Source: an uncultured Endomicrobiia bacterium (GTDB lineage Bacteria > Elusimicrobiota > Endomicrobiia > DTEH01). From it: DNA of 38,822 nt. The position numbers and the translations under genes are program-made. The stretch is taken from positions 1 through 38,822 of the forward strand of contig CALJEJ010000083.1 in the NCBI GenBank assembly GCA_938074745.1. The letters are read 5' to 3'. Of this stretch, positions 37,373 through 38,822 are shown piece by piece. The first letter of the stretch is position 1. The number at the start of each line of letters is the position of its first letter. The notes under the pieces are model-generated. The model was not told the origin of the DNA and searched no databases. It saw only the letters and a program-made list of their open reading frames with translations.

Positions 37373-37979
37373 AGTTGTATATCCATATAAAAAAAATTTA
37401 TATATCAACCTTACGAACCGTTGTCCTGTAAAATGTAGTTATTGTATAAAATATCGGTGGGATTGGCAGTTTAGAGGATATAATTTATTTTTACCTAAAG
37501 AACCAAGTTATGAAGAAATTATCTCGGAACTAAACAAGTATATGAAAAAAAACCAGCTGAAAGAGGTAGTATTTTGTGGTTATGGTGAACCTTTGTTACG
37601 AGCAAATATAGTAAAAAAAGTTGCTTTATGGGTTAAGAAAAATTTTCCTAATATAATTGTAAGAATTAACACAAATGGGTTATCTAATATAACCAAAAAA
37701 AATGTTCTTAAAGAACTACAATTTTTGGTAGATGTAGTATCTGTTTCGTTAAATGCGCATGATAGTAAAACATATAACAAGTTGCATGAAACAAAAATAA
37801 AACAACCGTTTAAAAAAATATTACAGTTTATAAGAGATTGTAAAAAATATATTCCAAAAGTAATAATTACTACAATTCGACATCCAGAGATTGATATTAA
37901 TAAAGTAAAAAATATTGCAAAAAAACTTAAAGTAAAATTTAGAACACGAAAATATCTTACGAAATATGAACCTCGTTAA
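37347..37979 (+). CDS. Small radical SAM protein (TatD-associated/QueE-like size class)
   Basis: NLTNRCPVKCSYC is a CxxxCxxC motif. GYGEPLL is the SAM-binding glycine-rich motif. The longest ORF starts at 37305 inside metG. The internal ATG at 37347 was chosen, which still overlaps the metG 3' end. Confidence 0.55.
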   Translation: MVSYLKNYKVVYPYKKNLYINLTNRCPVKCSYCIKYRWDWQFRGYNLFLPKEPSYEEIISELNKYMKKNQLKEVVFCGYGEPLLRANIVKKVALWVKKNFPNIIVRINTNGLSNITKKNVLKELQFLVDVVSVSLNAHDSKTYNKLHETKIKQPFKKILQFIRDCKKYIPKVIITTIRHPEIDINKVKNIAKKLKVKFRTRKYLTKYEPR

Positions 37980-38592
37980 CCTTACTAAAAAATTCCAGCA
38001 TATCTTATATGAATTAAAAGAACATATTCCGTTTACAATGTTTGGAGCATTTACAGGAATAGGAATTATGACAATATTTAAAGATTTGCCATATAATATT
38101 TCTTACAATATTTTTTACGTGTTACATCCGTTACATATTGTTTTTAGTGCGTTTGCTACTTCGGCAATGTACCACCTTCATAAGAAAAAATTAAGTTTAT
38201 GGAAATGGTTTTTGATAAGTTATATTGGTTCTGTTGGAACATGTACAATTAGCGATTCTGTGATTCCATATTTAAGTGAGGTTTTGTTGAATATGCCACA
38301 CAGAGAAATACATTTAGGTTTTGTTGAAGAATGGTGGTTGGTAAATTCAGTAGCTGTGATAAGTATTGCAATTTCGTATTTTATAAAGATGACGAAAATT
38401 CCTCATTTCTTACATGTTTTGGTAAGTACATGGGCGTCATTGTTTCACATTATAATGGCAAGCGGGATAACATTAAATTTTGTTACATATATTACAATTT
38501 TTATATTTTTATTTATAACAGTATGGATTCCATGTTGTCTAAGTGATATAGTATTTCCGTTATTATTTGTGAACCCTGATGAAAAAGTTTAG
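37966..38592 (+). CDS. Hypothetical polytopic membrane protein (about 6 TM, His-rich helices)
   Basis: Six hydrophobic segments with paired His residues (HPLHIVFSAF, HFLHVLVSTWASLFH). A 14-nt overlap with the radical-SAM gene. Confidence 0.4.
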   Translation: MNLVNLTKKFQHILYELKEHIPFTMFGAFTGIGIMTIFKDLPYNISYNIFYVLHPLHIVFSAFATSAMYHLHKKKLSLWKWFLISYIGSVGTCTISDSVIPYLSEVLLNMPHREIHLGFVEEWWLVNSVAVISIAISYFIKMTKIPHFLHVLVSTWASLFHIIMASGITLNFVTYITIFIFLFITVWIPCCLSDIVFPLLFVNPDEKV

Positions 38593-38618
38593 TTAATATT
38601 TTAATTTTGTTTTTAGTA

Positions 38619-38646
38619 TTGACTTTTTATTTTGAGAATTTATATT
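38619..38646 (+). promoter_or_regulatory. Candidate sigma70-type promoter for tuf
   Basis: TTGACT, a 16-nt spacer, then TATATT, about 45 nt upstream of the tuf ATG. Confidence 0.35.
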
Positions 38647-38689
38647 TAAAAAAATCAATTTGTAACTCAACATATAAAAGGAGGCAAAT

Positions 38690-38822
38690 ATGAGCAAGCC
38701 TAAGTTTGAACGTACGAAGCCGCACGTGAACGTAGGTACGATAGGGCATATAGATCATGGTAAGACGATGTTGACTTCAGCGATAACGCATGTATTGGCG
38801 AAGAAGGGTATGAGTAAGGCGA
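38690..38822 (+). CDS. tuf: Elongation factor Tu, 5' partial (continues beyond window)
   Basis: [33 protein letters not shown] (G1 motif GHIDHGKT). SD AAAGGAGG 8 nt upstream. Confidence 0.9.
   Translation, partial: MSKPKFERTKPHVNVGTIGHIDHGKTMLTSAITHVLAKKGMSKA

Noticed and set aside
38331-38546. 71-aa + strand ORF in an alternative frame inside the membrane-protein gene
   Set aside because: Same strand but a different frame from a longer ORF with convincing TM periodicity. No independent start signal.
1-38822. CRISPR arrays, IS elements, integrases, phage genes and long direct or inverted repeats
   Set aside because: I scanned by eye for 25–40-nt units recurring at regular spacing and for transposase or integrase-like translations. 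None was found. The only repetitive stretches are coding low-complexity (SPFH repeats, coiled coil) and the CT tract at 31345-31487.

Overview
This is an AT-rich bacterial chromosomal window (GC looks roughly 28–30% by eye). It is densely packed, mostly on the + strand, and ribosome-binding sites are strongly AGGAGG-like. The gene order is Firmicutes-like: yacL-ispD-ispF-cysS-rlmB, tmk-holB-yaaT-metG, and rplU-rpmA-obg. A candidate C-terminal-Phe beta-barrel protein points to a diderm host.

Content by region:
1. Glycan/cell-envelope biosynthesis island (1–8547): GT4 glycosyltransferase, an odd PHP-domain membrane protein, WbqC-like, DegT aminotransferase, ExeA/GspA-like AAA ATPase, PIG-L deacetylase translationally coupled to a WecA-like GlcNAc-1-P transferase, and DUF1015.
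2. Housekeeping block: plsC-like (−), coaX, an outer-membrane-like protein, an HNH nuclease, an SPFH protein, then a second glycan segment (Wzz-like, ugd, uxs).
3. A minus-strand glnA–nfnA–nfnB-like operon.
4. HAD hydrolase, YacL-like PIN/TRAM, ispD, ispF, cysS, rlmB, tRNA-Cys, cstA.
5. A minus-strand pair: secreted protein plus PP-loop ATPase.
6. rplU, rpmA, obg, tRNA-Thr, an Aquifex-type aconitase, tmk, holB, PSP1/yaaT, metG, a small radical-SAM plus His-rich membrane protein, and the 5' end of tuf.

No CRISPR array, IS element, integrase or long repeat is visible.

Most notable observations:
- The glycan island combines PHP, ExeA-like and PIG-L/WecA components in an atypical way.
- L27 lacks the near-universal N-terminal KKGGGS segment.
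- The tuf start shows an abrupt switch to G-ending codons.
- glnA is fused in an operon with a GltD-like/PyrK-like pair and no large GOGAT subunit.

Everything below rests on reading the sequence and translations. No database search was run.
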